A stretch of DNA of 64,000 nt, from positions 4,928,001-4,992,000 of the forward strand of contig OZ244561.1 of the NCBI GenBank assembly GCA_965217585.1, given 5' to 3'. The notes below the pieces were generated by a model. It was not told the DNA's origin. It saw only the letters and a program-made list of their open reading frames with translations, and did no database searches. This DNA comes from Candidatus Latescibacterota bacterium. Lineage in GTDB: Bacteria; Latescibacterota; UBA2968; UBA8231. Shown one piece after another: positions 29,805-40,101 of the stretch. Every line of letters starts with the position of its first letter. Position 1 is the first letter of the stretch. The translations under genes and the position numbers were made by a program.

Positions 29805-30434
29805 GTGAAATACATCGCGTTGGCCCTGGCGTTACTCGGCGGCAGCGTCTATGCCGAGGAGGCGGACTCCAGCCGCGTCATTCTCTTTTTTGGCGATAGC
29901 CTGACCGCCGGCTATGGCCTCGACCGCGAACAGGCCTTCCCGGCCTTGGTGCAGGCGCGGATCGATTCGCTCGGCTGGAACTTTGAAGTCTTCAATGCCG
30001 GGCTTAGCGGCGAGACCTCGGCGGGCGGCTTGCGCCGCATCGACTGGCTCTTGCGTCGCCCAATAGATGTCTTCGTCCTCGAATTGGGAGCTAATGACGG
30101 GTTGCGCGGTATTGATCTGCAGGACACTCGCAGCAACCTGCAGCAGATCATCGACCGGGTCAAAGCGAAAGATCCCGCGACCGCCCTTGTTATCGCCGGC
30201 ATGCAGATGCCGCCCAATCTCGGCCCCGAGTACACCGAGGAATTCGCGGGGCTTTTCCCGGGTTTGGCCGAAGAAAATGGCGCGGCGCTGATTCCCTTTC
30301 TCTTAGAAGGCGTGGCCGACCAACCCGAGTTGAACCTGCCCGACGGCAACCACCCGACCGTTGCCGGCCATCGCCTAGTCGCCGAAACCGTCTGGGCGAC
30401 GCTCGGCCCGGTGCTGGAGCGGTTGCGCCGCTAA
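29805..30434 (+). CDS. Arylesterase/TesA-like SGNH hydrolase
   Basis: Signal peptide, GDSLTAG, NAGLSGETS, ELGANDG, DGNHP; GTG start. Confidence 0.9.
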   Translation: MKYIALALALLGGSVYAEEADSSRVILFFGDSLTAGYGLDREQAFPALVQARIDSLGWNFEVFNAGLSGETSAGGLRRIDWLLRRPIDVFVLELGANDGLRGIDLQDTRSNLQQIIDRVKAKDPATALVIAGMQMPPNLGPEYTEEFAGLFPGLAEENGAALIPFLLEGVADQPELNLPDGNHPTVAGHRLVAETVWATLGPVLERLRR

Positions 30435-32959
30435 CCGACCGAGCGCAGGACTTCGAGCGGCGGGCTGGAGTGGATACCGCGGCTCGACAGCGCGCCGACG
30501 GCGACGGTCAGCCCGCTGACGAGCCAGAAGGCCACGACCACGGGCAGGTAATCGGGCGCGAAGCCGACTTCGAAGAGATAGCGGCTCAAAGCCCAGACCC
30601 CGCCCAGCGACAGGACCAGACCGGTCGCCGCGGCAAACGATCCCAAAAACAGATATTCGAGTACCATGATTTTGACGACTTGGCGGCGGCTGGCGCCCAG
30701 GGTCTTGAGCAAGACGCTTTCCTGGATGCGCTGATAGCGGCTGCCGGTGATCACGCCGACGAGAACGATCAGGCCGACCGCGACGCTGAAGAAGGCCATA
30801 AAGCGGATCACCAGCGAGACCTTGCCGAGGATATTGTCAACGGTGCTCAAGATGCTGCCGAGGTCGATGACCGAGATATTGGGGAAGCGGCGGACGACAT
30901 CGCGCTGTAGGGCGGCCATCTGCTCGGTGGAGTTGGCGCGGGTGACGAGGACGTGAAATTGCGGTGCGGGCTCGAGGACGCCGGTGGGGAAGACCACCAG
31001 AAAATTGGGCATGACCCGCTGCCAGTCGACCGAGCGCAGGCTACCGACGACGACATCGACGGGTACCCCCTGGACATCGAAGGCTAAGGAGTCGCCGATG
31101 CCGACGTCCAAGGAGGAGGCCACGCCTTCTTCCAAGGAGACGAAAATGGTGTCGCCGGTGCTTTGCCCGCGCCACTGGCCGGCGCTGATCGTTTCGGTGT
31201 CGGTCAGGTGGTCGCGGTAGGTCGAGCGGTACTCGTGGCGCAGGGCCCAGTTGCCGCGGCGGCGATTGCCGGTGGTGTCGCGGCGGATCTCGCGGGCGAG
31301 TCGGCCCTTGACGCTGTGGATGTGCATGGTGACGATGGGGACCTGTTGCAAAAGGGGCAATCCCGCCGCCTCTACTTGCGCGTTTAGCTCCTGGCGCTGG
31401 TCGCTCTGGATATCGAAGAGCACGACGTTGGGCTGCTCGTCGGAGCCGACGCTTTCGATGTGTGCCAGCAGGTTGGTCTGGGCCAGAAAGAGGGTGCTGA
31501 GCAGGAAGGTCCCCAAGCCCAGGCCCAACATCAGCATCGCGGTCTGGTTGTTGGGCCGGTAGAGGTTGGCCAAGCCCTGGCGCCAGATATAGCTCCAGGA
31601 AGAGGGGAAGAAACGCCGAGCGCCATAGGTGATTGCCCGAGCGACGAGACCTAGGAGCGCGAAGGCCAAGCCGACCCCGCTGGCAAAGCCGAGGGCGAGG
31701 GGCCAGCGGCCAGTGAGGCGATAGGCGAAGAGGACGATGGCCAGAGCGATCCCCAGATAGAAGACCCAGCGCAGCGGGCCGCTGTCAGCGGGTTTGGCTT
31801 CTTCAAAGGACGCCCGCAGGGTTAATAGCGGCGAGGTCTTGCGGATGGCCAATAGTGGCAGGGCGGCAAAGAGCAGCGAGAGGCCGAGGCCGAGGCCGAG
31901 ACCTTCCAATAGGGCGAAAGGGTCGAAACTCGGATCGACTTCGAGGGGCAATACGTCGGCGAGGACACCCGGAAGCAAGTAGAGCACCCCGAGCCCGAGC
32001 AAAGACCCGGCGAGTGAGCCGACAAAGCCCATCGCCCCGGCTTGGATCAGGTAGATCAGGAAGGTCTGGCGGGCAGTGGCGCCGAGGCTGCGCAGCACGG
32101 CGACGGTGGGCAGCTTCTGTTTGGTATAGACGTGGATGGCGCTGGCCACGCCCACCCCGCCGAGCAAGAGGGCGATAAAGCTGCCGAGGTTTAGGAAGCG
32201 GTAGAGATTGCCCAAGGTGCGGCCGAGGCGTCGTTTGCGGTCGGCGATGGTTTCTACTCGTAGGCGATTGGCGCGGGTTTGCGGGCGGATGGATTGGGTC
32301 AGGGCTCGGACATCGCGCTCGGCGGCAAAGCGAAAAAAGGCGGTGTAGGTGACGCGGCTGCCCTTTTGGATCAGGCGGGTGCGGTCGAGATAGTCCATTG
32401 AGATGTAAACGCGCGGCTGTATATCGCTGAAGAGCGCGTTTTCGCCTGGGATGCGCAGCAACCGGCCGCCGATGCGGAAGAGCATATCGCCGATTTTGAT
32501 CGAATCGCCGACGGCGGCCCCAAACTGTAGCATCAGCGCCTCGTCGACGAGGGCCTCGGGGCGGCTGCGGAAAATGTGCGCGGCTTCCGTAGGGGCGGTC
32601 TTTAGTGCGCCGTAGAAGGGAAAGGGGCCGGTCAGGGCGCGGATCTGGGCCAGGCGGGTGCCCTCGCTCTTGGGCAGATAGACCATGGAGTTGAAGCTGA
32701 CTTGGCGCGCCTGGGTGCCGCCGATGGAATCGATGAGTGATTCGGTGCTTTTCGCGAAGGGTTGGCGGCTTTCGAGGGTCATATCGGCACCCAAGAGGCT
32801 GGCGGCTTGTTCGTCGATAGCCTCTTCGAGCGTGGCGCTGAGGCTGCCCATGCCGACCAAGGCACCGATGCCGATGGTGATTGAGGAGGTGAAGAGCAGG
32901 AGTTTGCGGCGGTGGCTGCGGCTGTCGCGCCAGGCCATTTTGAGCAGCCAGGCGGTCAT
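30431..32959 (-). CDS. FtsX-like ABC permease (YbbP-type)
   Basis: 842 aa with two permease halves; MAWRDSR, LLGAD, LKTLGA. Confidence 0.9.
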   Translation of the reverse strand: MTAWLLKMAWRDSRSHRRKLLLFTSSITIGIGALVGMGSLSATLEEAIDEQAASLLGADMTLESRQPFAKSTESLIDSIGGTQARQVSFNSMVYLPKSEGTRLAQIRALTGPFPFYGALKTAPTEAAHIFRSRPEALVDEALMLQFGAAVGDSIKIGDMLFRIGGRLLRIPGENALFSDIQPRVYISMDYLDRTRLIQKGSRVTYTAFFRFAAERDVRALTQSIRPQTRANRLRVETIADRKRRLGRTLGNLYRFLNLGSFIALLLGGVGVASAIHVYTKQKLPTVAVLRSLGATARQTFLIYLIQAGAMGFVGSLAGSLLGLGVLYLLPGVLADVLPLEVDPSFDPFALLEGLGLGLGLSLLFAALPLLAIRKTSPLLTLRASFEEAKPADSGPLRWVFYLGIALAIVLFAYRLTGRWPLALGFASGVGLAFALLGLVARAITYGARRFFPSSWSYIWRQGLANLYRPNNQTAMLMLGLGLGTFLLSTLFLAQTNLLAHIESVGSDEQPNVVLFDIQSDQRQELNAQVEAAGLPLLQQVPIVTMHIHSVKGRLAREIRRDTTGNRRRGNWALRHEYRSTYRDHLTDTETISAGQWRGQSTGDTIFVSLEEGVASSLDVGIGDSLAFDVQGVPVDVVVGSLRSVDWQRVMPNFLVVFPTGVLEPAPQFHVLVTRANSTEQMAALQRDVVRRFPNISVIDLGSILSTVDNILGKVSLVIRFMAFFSVAVGLIVLVGVITGSRYQRIQESVLLKTLGASRRQVVKIMVLEYLFLGSFAAATGLVLSLGGVWALSRYLFEVGFAPDYLPVVVAFWLVSGLTVAVGALSSRGIHSSPPLEVLRSVG

Positions 32960-33657
32960 GGGGTAGTATCCTCAACGAGTTGGTCCGCGGCGACCCGGCC
33001 GCCCTGTAGGCGGATAATGCGCTGGGTGAGCCGGGCCAATTCTAGGTCGTGGGTCACTATAATCAGGGTCGTGCCCGCCGCCTCGTTGAGCTCGAAGAGC
33101 AGGTCCCACACCTGGCCGCTGGTGTCGTCGTCGAGATTGCCGGTAGGCTCGTCGGCGAAGAGGATCGTCGGGCGGTTGATAAAGGCCCGAGCAAGGGCCA
33201 CGCGCTGCTGCTCGCCGCCTGAAAGCTGCGCCGGGTAGTGGTGTAGGCGGTCGCCCAAGCCGACCCGGCCGAGCAGGTCAACGGCGCGGGCGCGGGCGTT
33301 TGCCTCGCGGCGCAATTCGAGCGGCACCATGGCGTTTTCGAGGGCGCTGAGGGTCGGGATGAGCTGGAAGTTTTGGAAGACGAAGCCGACCTTTTCGCTG
33401 CGCAACAAGGCTCGTTGATCTTCGTCGAGTCCGTCCAAACCGACGCCGCCGAGAGATACCGAACCCGAGCTGGCGCGGTCCAATCCGGCGCACAGGCCCA
33501 GCAGCGTAGTCTTGCCGCTGCCGGAGGGGCCGACCACGGCGCAGGTGGTTCCCGCCGCGATGGCGAAACTTACGTCGTCGAGGACGGTCAGGGCGTTTGG
33601 CTTTTCCCCGTAGGTTTTGGTCAGGTGGCTTACTTCCAGAGCAACCGCGTCGCTCAT
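32956..33657 (-). CDS. ABC transporter ATP-binding protein (YbbA-type)
   Basis: GPSGSGKT, LSGGEQQR, ADEPTGNLD. Confidence 0.93.
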   Translation of the reverse strand: MSDAVALEVSHLTKTYGEKPNALTVLDDVSFAIAAGTTCAVVGPSGSGKTTLLGLCAGLDRASSGSVSLGGVGLDGLDEDQRALLRSEKVGFVFQNFQLIPTLSALENAMVPLELRREANARARAVDLLGRVGLGDRLHHYPAQLSGGEQQRVALARAFINRPTILFADEPTGNLDDDTSGQVWDLLFELNEAAGTTLIIVTHDLELARLTQRIIRLQGGRVAADQLVEDTTP

Positions 33658-34553
33658 TGTTGCTCCTCTTCGGGCTGGCGGTTCAGGATGCGTAGTAGGC
33701 GGTCGGGGTAGTCGGTGATTAGGCCATCGACGCCTAGGTCCAGATAGTGCTGCATGGCGTCGGGATCGTTGATGGTCCAGACGTGGACTTGGATGTTGTG
33801 GGCGTGGGCGCGGGCGATGAAGCGCTGGTCTATCAGGTTGATCTTGCCGAAGCGGGTCGGAAACTGAAAGGCCTGGCTGGTGGGGTGGTAAGCCGCGTCG
33901 AGCCTCAGCCAGTGGAGAAAGACAAAGGACAATCCTGCTGATGAAGGAGCCGAAGTCGCTACTTCGGGGCAAGTCTGGCGCAAGCTGGCTAAGGGGCGGC
34001 TGCGGAACGAGGCGGCGGTGACGCGGTCGTTTAGCTCGAAGCGCCGGATCGTGCGGCAGAAGTCGCTTACTAAGTCGGCAGAGTCGTCTTTGATTTCGAT
34101 GAGAAAGCGCATGTTGGGAAAGGCTGTAAATACCTCGTCTAAGGTGGGGATTGCGACCCCTTGGCCGCGATAGGGAAAGGTTTGGCCGTCTGGACTGAAA
34201 TGGTAGCCGGCGTCTAACTGTTTCAATTGGGCTAGGCTCAAGCTATCGGCTGCGCCTTGGCCGTTGGTCGTGCGGTCAACGCGCTGGTCGTGCAGGACGA
34301 TGAGTGCGCCGTCGCTGCTTTGGCGCAAGTCCATTTCTAACACATCGACCCCCAACGCGGCCGAGCGGGCAAAGGCCGTCAGCGTATTTTCCGGTGCCAG
34401 CCCTTTGCCGCCTCGGTGGGCAATGACCAAAACGTCCCCTGATGCAAAGTAGGGATGCGGCTCCACGGGGTGCGATGTTAGGGCGAAAGCACCGTACAAC
34501 ACCGGTGCCAAAAGCAGCAAGGCGATCAGGGCCCGCTTGAGGTATAGACGCAT
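33654..34553 (-). CDS. Glycerophosphodiester phosphodiesterase
   Basis: IAHRGG, PENTL, EMD, HD, WTIN, ITDYPD. Confidence 0.93.
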   Translation of the reverse strand: MRLYLKRALIALLLLAPVLYGAFALTSHPVEPHPYFASGDVLVIAHRGGKGLAPENTLTAFARSAALGVDVLEMDLRQSSDGALIVLHDQRVDRTTNGQGAADSLSLAQLKQLDAGYHFSPDGQTFPYRGQGVAIPTLDEVFTAFPNMRFLIEIKDDSADLVSDFCRTIRRFELNDRVTAASFRSRPLASLRQTCPEVATSAPSSAGLSFVFLHWLRLDAAYHPTSQAFQFPTRFGKINLIDQRFIARAHAHNIQVHVWTINDPDAMQHYLDLGVDGLITDYPDRLLRILNRQPEEEQQ

Positions 34554-34681
34554 GGATTATGTAGGGGTTCTATCGGGAAAGTAGGGCAAGAAGATACCTA
34601 GCGGCTGGATTCGGGCAAGTTTTGAACTGTCCGGTTCTTCTTTATGTTCACCGCTGCATAGACAATGGAAAGGAGCCGTCA

Positions 34682-35497
34682 ATGATCGTCGATACACACG
34701 CACATATTTACCACGGAGACGAGACGCAATACCCCATGATAGAAGACCCCTTCCGCCCGTCGTCGGGCATAGGGACCATCGAACACTTGCGGCGCGAAGC
34801 TCAGGCCAATGGCGTCGGGCGCGTGGTGTTGATCCAGACCGGGTCGGCCTATCGCTGGGACAATCGGTTGTTGGCCGATACGGCTCGGGCCAATGCCGAC
34901 TGGACGGTCGGGGTTTGCACGTTGGACCCGGCTGGGGACGATAGCCCTGACGAGCTGGAGCGGCTGGTGACCGCATACAACGTCAAGGGAGTCCGCCTCG
35001 AAGCCGCGCCCGCGGGGTACGACCAGCCTGGGGCGGAGCGGCTCTGGCGTCGGGCCGGTGAAGTCGGCGCGGTAATTTGCGCCCATTTGCGCCGGGAGCA
35101 ACTCGGCGAGTTGGCAGCTTTGCTAGCGCGATTCCCCCACGTCCCGGTGGTGCTGGACCACTGCGCCTATCCGGTGGCGGCTAACGGGATCGAGGACACG
35201 GCAGTGCGTCAAACAGCGGATTTGGCGCGCTTTGACCAACTCCACGCCAAGCTAACCTTTGCGGTGACTAGCTCACAGCAGGAGTACCCCTTCGCCGATA
35301 CGCACCCGCAGCTACGCCACTTGCTCGCAGCTTTTGGTCCCGAGCGCTGTATCTGGGGATCGGATTTCCCGTGCGAGCACTGGTTGGAAAACACGACCTA
35401 CGCCCAGCATTTGGCGGTGTTTACCGAGGAATTGGGGCTGAGTGCGGCGGAGCGGGAGCAGGTGTTAGGGGGGACGGCTATGCGGCTGTTTTTTTAG
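34682..35497 (+). CDS. Amidohydrolase family 2 protein
   Basis: IVDTHAH, LDH, WGSDFP; AAGGAG RBS. Confidence 0.9.
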   Translation: MIVDTHAHIYHGDETQYPMIEDPFRPSSGIGTIEHLRREAQANGVGRVVLIQTGSAYRWDNRLLADTARANADWTVGVCTLDPAGDDSPDELERLVTAYNVKGVRLEAAPAGYDQPGAERLWRRAGEVGAVICAHLRREQLGELAALLARFPHVPVVLDHCAYPVAANGIEDTAVRQTADLARFDQLHAKLTFAVTSSQQEYPFADTHPQLRHLLAAFGPERCIWGSDFPCEHWLENTTYAQHLAVFTEELGLSAAEREQVLGGTAMRLFF

Positions 35498-36225
35498 CGC
35501 CGCCGCCAGAGCGAGGGACGCGCCGCCTTATAATACTGGTCTAACCGCTCGGCTAGATCGGCGGGCAAGGGCGTCAGGGGAGCAAGTGCCGTGCGTACTT
35601 GGGCTTCGGCTGCGGTGAGGTCTGAGGCCTTAAGCTGCAAGCCGGCGGGTACGTGCCGCGAGAAGGCCACTTGTTGGTTGAGCCGTTCGACGCAAGCGTT
35701 GGCTTGGCGCAGGGAGCCTAGGTACTCGGCGATGGCGACTTCGATGCGGCGGTTGTACGCGGCGACGAGTTCGGCTAGGCGTCTGGCACCGTCGAGAAAG
35801 GCGCGACGGGCGGGCAAGGGCGCATCCTCTGGTGCGGAGAAATATTCGGGCCAAGTCGCTAGGCTGAGGGCGGCCAATGCGGTTGGGCGGTCGGGAAAGA
35901 AGCGGCATAGAGTAGGAGCTTGAGCACAAATTTTGGCCTTTAACGCCGACAGGTAGTCCTTTTGCGTCGCTAGTGTTTGGCTGGCTTGGGTGTGGAGCTG
36001 TTCGGCGTCGCGGCGGTCCTGCAAGGCTTGGGGCAAAACCGCGTTGTCCTTGAGCAGCTTGCTGGCGATGCGGTGTTCGGGGCCGCTGGCAAAGTAAGCG
36101 CTCAGGTCGAGGGGTTGCCCTTTGCCGGGCAGCGCGGCAAAATCCTCGCCGGCGATGGCTTGGGCCAACAGTTCGTCAACGCTGCGCCATTCGGGGTGGC
36201 CGTCGGGCTGGCGTCGGGGCGGCAT
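35494..36225 (-). CDS. DUF1992 (DnaJ-C28 conserved domain) protein
   Basis: AIAGEDFAALPGKGQPLDL, LLKDNAVLP. Confidence 0.75.
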   Translation of the reverse strand: MPPRRQPDGHPEWRSVDELLAQAIAGEDFAALPGKGQPLDLSAYFASGPEHRIASKLLKDNAVLPQALQDRRDAEQLHTQASQTLATQKDYLSALKAKICAQAPTLCRFFPDRPTALAALSLATWPEYFSAPEDAPLPARRAFLDGARRLAELVAAYNRRIEVAIAEYLGSLRQANACVERLNQQVAFSRHVPAGLQLKASDLTAAEAQVRTALAPLTPLPADLAERLDQYYKAARPSLWRRR

Positions 36226-36476
36226 GGAAAGCTCCTTTACTTTCGTTCGCAGACGTAATCGAAGACAACGACCGCTACATGGGCGCAAACGGCCAGTGGC
36301 GGTACTTAGCAGCTTGCTCTTTCTCTTGCACGATGGCGCGACTTAATAAAAATAAACAGCGGCCCAAGATGAGTAAATCTCTTGTTGCGGTCGCGGCCAA
36401 AGGAGTTGCACGATGGCGACACAGTGGATTCTAACCCGATGTGCTCTTTCAAGTCGCCGACCTGATGGAGTCTGAT

Positions 36477-37325
36477 ATGGGCGCGGTGGCAGTCATTGGC
36501 TCGGCGACGATTGACCGAGTGGTGCAGGGCGGCGTGGGCGCGTATAAGCGCGGGGGAGTGGTCGCGTATGCTGGGCTGACCTTTGCCGAGTTGGGCGTAC
36601 AGACTCGGGTGTTGACCAACGTCGCCGAGGCCGACCGGGCGATGCTGGCGGTGTTGCAGCAACGGGGTATTGCAGTCTATGTGGGCCAGAGCGCGGCGAC
36701 GACCTGTTTTGTCAACTACGTCGATGGCGACGCACGGCGTCAGGATTTACTCGCTTGCGCCGCGCCGATTGCCGCAGCGCAGCTCGGGCCGGTACTCGCC
36801 GGTGTGGAGCACGTGCATTTGGGGCCGCTACATCCCCATGATCTGGCCGAGGATGTGCTGGCGGCGATGGACGGCGTGGTGAGCTTGGACCTCCAAGGCT
36901 ATGCGCGACGGATTGAGGGGACGCGGGTGTACCAAGGGGTTACTGGAGGTTTGTATGCCGCCCTGCAACGCGCGGATTATGTCAAAGCGGGCAACGATGA
37001 ATTAGAACTCGTGCTCGCCGATTGCGGTCTGACGCTGGAACAGTTGATGCGCGATTACTCGGTAGCAGAGTGGGTCGTCACCGAAGGATCGCACGGTGGC
37101 TGGGTCGCAAATCGTCAGGGACAGCGGACGAAGTTTGCGTCGGCTCCGGTGGCGACAGTGGCTGATCCCACGGGAGCCGGGGACGTGTTTTTCGCCGCGT
37201 ATATAGCGCATCGCCTGCATCGAGGGGCGGGGATTGCTATGGCTGCTCAACGCGCTGCGGCGTTGGCTGCGCGCCACGTGGGGGGCGGTTTTATCGACGC
37301 GGTAATGTTGCGTTTGGAGGGTTGA
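36477..37325 (+). CDS. PfkB family carbohydrate kinase
   Basis: GG near the N-terminus; DPTGAGDVF PfkB signature. Confidence 0.88.
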   Translation: MGAVAVIGSATIDRVVQGGVGAYKRGGVVAYAGLTFAELGVQTRVLTNVAEADRAMLAVLQQRGIAVYVGQSAATTCFVNYVDGDARRQDLLACAAPIAAAQLGPVLAGVEHVHLGPLHPHDLAEDVLAAMDGVVSLDLQGYARRIEGTRVYQGVTGGLYAALQRADYVKAGNDELELVLADCGLTLEQLMRDYSVAEWVVTEGSHGGWVANRQGQRTKFASAPVATVADPTGAGDVFFAAYIAHRLHRGAGIAMAAQRAAALAARHVGGGFIDAVMLRLEG

Positions 37326-37369
37326 CTGCTGTGTTCAGCACTCGGCGCAGACCGCTCCCACATACCGCC

Positions 37370-37706
37370 CTTACAGCAGGCCGCACCGAGTATCCGCCCG
37401 ATCTCGTCAAACAACCGTTGGCAATGACAGCATCGTGCCTTCACCTTCTCTGCGTCAACCCGTTTCAGCAGATCGCTCGCATGTCTGATCTTGTGGTAAC
37501 ACCGCATTGTCACTGTTATTGACGGCATCTCGAAAGCGTTTGAATGTCTCATTGCGTGTGCCGTAACAGGCCAACTTCCAGGATAGCTCCTTATTTCTGG
37601 CCGCTTCCTTAAGCGGCTGAAGGAACCTTTCCATCCCTTGGCGAAGAGTCGTCTTGGTTGCATTACCGTCACCACCGCCTTCCATGTAGATAGCAATACC
37701 GCTCAC
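37370..37706 (-). pseudogene. DUF4276-like gene, internally deleted and frameshifted
   Basis: IYMEGGG N-terminus joined out of frame to YHKIRHASDLLKRVDAEKVKARCCHCQRLF; 3' coordinate approximate. Confidence 0.6.
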
Positions 37707-38947
37707 GGGTTGGCCCCAAGCTCGCCCATCCGCCACAGGTCGCCGAGTAGATAGTCGTCTAACCAACTGGCGAGCTTTTCGGGATCAAGGCGGCGCAACA
37801 CGGTGCCAGCTCCTGGCCGCTCGCAGGCGACGATGGCGGCCGGCTGATTGGTCAGCGCCGACACAAGGGCGTCGGAATGCGTCGTGACCACAAGCTGCAT
37901 CCGTTGGGAGGCTTCGACGAGCAGGTCGGCGAGTAGCGCCACCGTGTCGGGATGCAATCCGAGCTCTGGCTCCTCTATGCAAACCAACGACGGCGGCTCT
38001 GGGGCCAGCAGAGTCGCCAGCAGCGCGATGAATCGGATGGTGCCGTCGGACAGCCGGGTTGCGGGAATCGGCGCACGGAAGCCGGATTCGTGCAGATAGA
38101 ACTGCACGGTGCCACCTGAGATCACGGTAGATATGCGCTCGAACCGGGGAAAGAAGTGTTTCAGATGCTCGTTGAATATCAGGCCGGACGTGTGCTCAAT
38201 CTGGTGGAGTACTAGCGCGAGATTGCGGGAGTCGGGGAGTAGCCTTTGCTCCGGAAGATCGGCTTGCTGCGGCTGTCGCAACGCGCTGTAACGGCCGAAC
38301 GTCCACTCGCGGAACGTCTGTATTAACTGGAACTGCCACCCGAGCCAATAGAGTTCCGGATAGAGATCCCGATCCTTGCGCTGCTCAAGAACGGATTGAT
38401 CCAGTGAGTGATCGTCCCATTGCAATTTTCGTTCCTCGGTTCGTCCATCCGGTGTCCGTACGCGAATGTAGATCGTTGGGTGCCCTTGTTGGAACGTGTA
38501 GTAGAAGTACGGCTTGACCCCCTGCTGGGTATTCACCTTCTCGATGGACTCGGCAATGATATTGACTCGGGATCTGATAGCGGTAAACGACAGACGATAT
38601 TTTAATGGTCGGACGATTCTCTGACCTCGACTCATTTCGACTTCTATGGTCGAGGCCTTGGGAGACAAGCTCAATACATCTGCCGGGTCTCTGCCCCTCA
38701 TTACTTCTTCAATCATATGCTTGGTATAATCGCCTTTCCACACCCACTCCGCCGCGCCGCCCCCGTCCTGGATTGCGGCGGCAAAGTTCGTTGGCGTGGC
38801 GCACAGGAGTTCCAGCACCTCGATGAAGTTCGTTTTTCCCGAGGCGTTCGGACCGATAAGGACGTTCAATGGTTGCAATTCAAAGAAGTCCATATCTGGA
38901 GGGAACGACAGCAGGCCGCCCATGCGAAGGCGTTGGATGAATTGCAT
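37703..38947 (-). CDS. ABC-type ATPase (AAA_21-like)
   Basis: GPNASGKT, LSDGT, IEEPELGLHP, TTHS. Confidence 0.9.
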   Translation of the reverse strand: MQFIQRLRMGGLLSFPPDMDFFELQPLNVLIGPNASGKTNFIEVLELLCATPTNFAAAIQDGGGAAEWVWKGDYTKHMIEEVMRGRDPADVLSLSPKASTIEVEMSRGQRIVRPLKYRLSFTAIRSRVNIIAESIEKVNTQQGVKPYFYYTFQQGHPTIYIRVRTPDGRTEERKLQWDDHSLDQSVLEQRKDRDLYPELYWLGWQFQLIQTFREWTFGRYSALRQPQQADLPEQRLLPDSRNLALVLHQIEHTSGLIFNEHLKHFFPRFERISTVISGGTVQFYLHESGFRAPIPATRLSDGTIRFIALLATLLAPEPPSLVCIEEPELGLHPDTVALLADLLVEASQRMQLVVTTHSDALVSALTNQPAAIVACERPGAGTVLRRLDPEKLASWLDDYLLGDLWRMGELGANP

Positions 38948-39008
38948 CGGATTAGCCCTCCTTAAACGGTGCTAGGTCGTGATTGCAAAGGTCAGATTGA
39001 AGTAGAGC

Positions 39009-39857
39009 TCAGCACTCGGCACCGCGCACTTCGCCGCCGAAATGCTGCATGCGCTCATCGGTGTCGATTTGACCAGCGCTGGCGGGTCGGTAGTGCAGTT
39101 GCAGGGCGCGGCGCATTTTTTGCGAGGGGTTGGTCGGGCTGCCGTGGTGGGTCATGCCGTGCCAGAGCAGGCAACCGCCAGGGGCGAGGGGCACGACGAT
39201 GTCGCGCTCGGTCTGGACATCGGTGTCGCAGATCTGCCAATCGCGGCGCTTGAAGTGATTGACCGGACCCTCGCGGTGGGTGCCGGGCAAAATGTGCAGA
39301 CAGCCGTTTTCCGCGCTGGCGTGGTCTAAGGAGATCCAAACGCCAATGATGGGAGTGCCCAAGGGATAGTTGAAGTACGCGCAGTCTTGGTGCCAGGGTT
39401 TTTCACGGCCCCCAGGCGGCTTGAGCAGGGCCATCTCTTGGAAGAGAACGGGCGTGTCGCCCATCAAGCGGGCGAGGACGTCCAAGAGATCCGGGTCGGC
39501 GGCCAGCGGCTGAAAGCGCACATCCCAATCGACGAACTTCATCAGCTTGCGCACCGCCTCACGCCGCGCTGCGCCCGTCAGCTTTTGGCCCTGCGTGGAG
39601 GCTTCGAGTTGGACGCCGCGAAATTCGGGCTGTTTGCCGTCAATTAGGTCGTACACCGCGTCGCCAGCGTCGGCGACTTGGGCCGGAGAAAACGCCTCTG
39701 CTACCGCGAGGTAGCCCTGCTGGTGAAAGAAGGCTAGCTGCTCGGGGCCGATGTCGGCGAAGCGAGCAACCTGCTGGGCCTCAGTGTCGTAGCGGTAGAG
39801 GTCTGGGGCGTAGTCGGCAAAGACGCCGTCGTCAATGATCGGTTGGGTGCTGGTCAT
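39009..39857 (-). CDS. Phytanoyl-CoA dioxygenase family protein
   Basis: KPWHQD, ENGCL, HHGS, RRA. Confidence 0.92.
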   Translation of the reverse strand: MTSTQPIIDDGVFADYAPDLYRYDTEAQQVARFADIGPEQLAFFHQQGYLAVAEAFSPAQVADAGDAVYDLIDGKQPEFRGVQLEASTQGQKLTGAARREAVRKLMKFVDWDVRFQPLAADPDLLDVLARLMGDTPVLFQEMALLKPPGGREKPWHQDCAYFNYPLGTPIIGVWISLDHASAENGCLHILPGTHREGPVNHFKRRDWQICDTDVQTERDIVVPLAPGGCLLWHGMTHHGSPTNPSQKMRRALQLHYRPASAGQIDTDERMQHFGGEVRGAEC

Positions 39858-40087
39858 GTTTGTTCAGCCTCGTCTTCCTCGTCCGCTGACTGGTCCCGGA
39901 CCAAGATTGCCATGGGAATCAGTACGCAGTAGCCGACGACTAGGAGTACCGGCGCTAGGGTGAGGGAGAGGAAACCCTCGGCCGGAGGAATGCGCAAAAA
40001 CACATAGCCGAGCAAGATCACGGCTAAGCCGGCTATGGCCAAGGACCAGTTTTTGCGCGTAAAAGGCAGGTCCCCGCGTTGGGCCAT
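39854..40087 (-). CDS. Small 2-TM protein (DUF3098-like)
   Basis: FTRKNW, ILLGYV, SLTLAPVLLVVGY. Confidence 0.7.
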   Translation of the reverse strand: MAQRGDLPFTRKNWSLAIAGLAVILLGYVFLRIPPAEGFLSLTLAPVLLVVGYCVLIPMAILVRDQSADEEDEAEQT

Positions 40088-40101
40088 GGCGTGGCCCCCT
40101 C

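Noticed and set aside
29454-30434. 326-aa fusion ORF
   Set aside because: Chance read-through from a PhyH remnant into the arylesterase, which has its own signal peptide from GTG 29805
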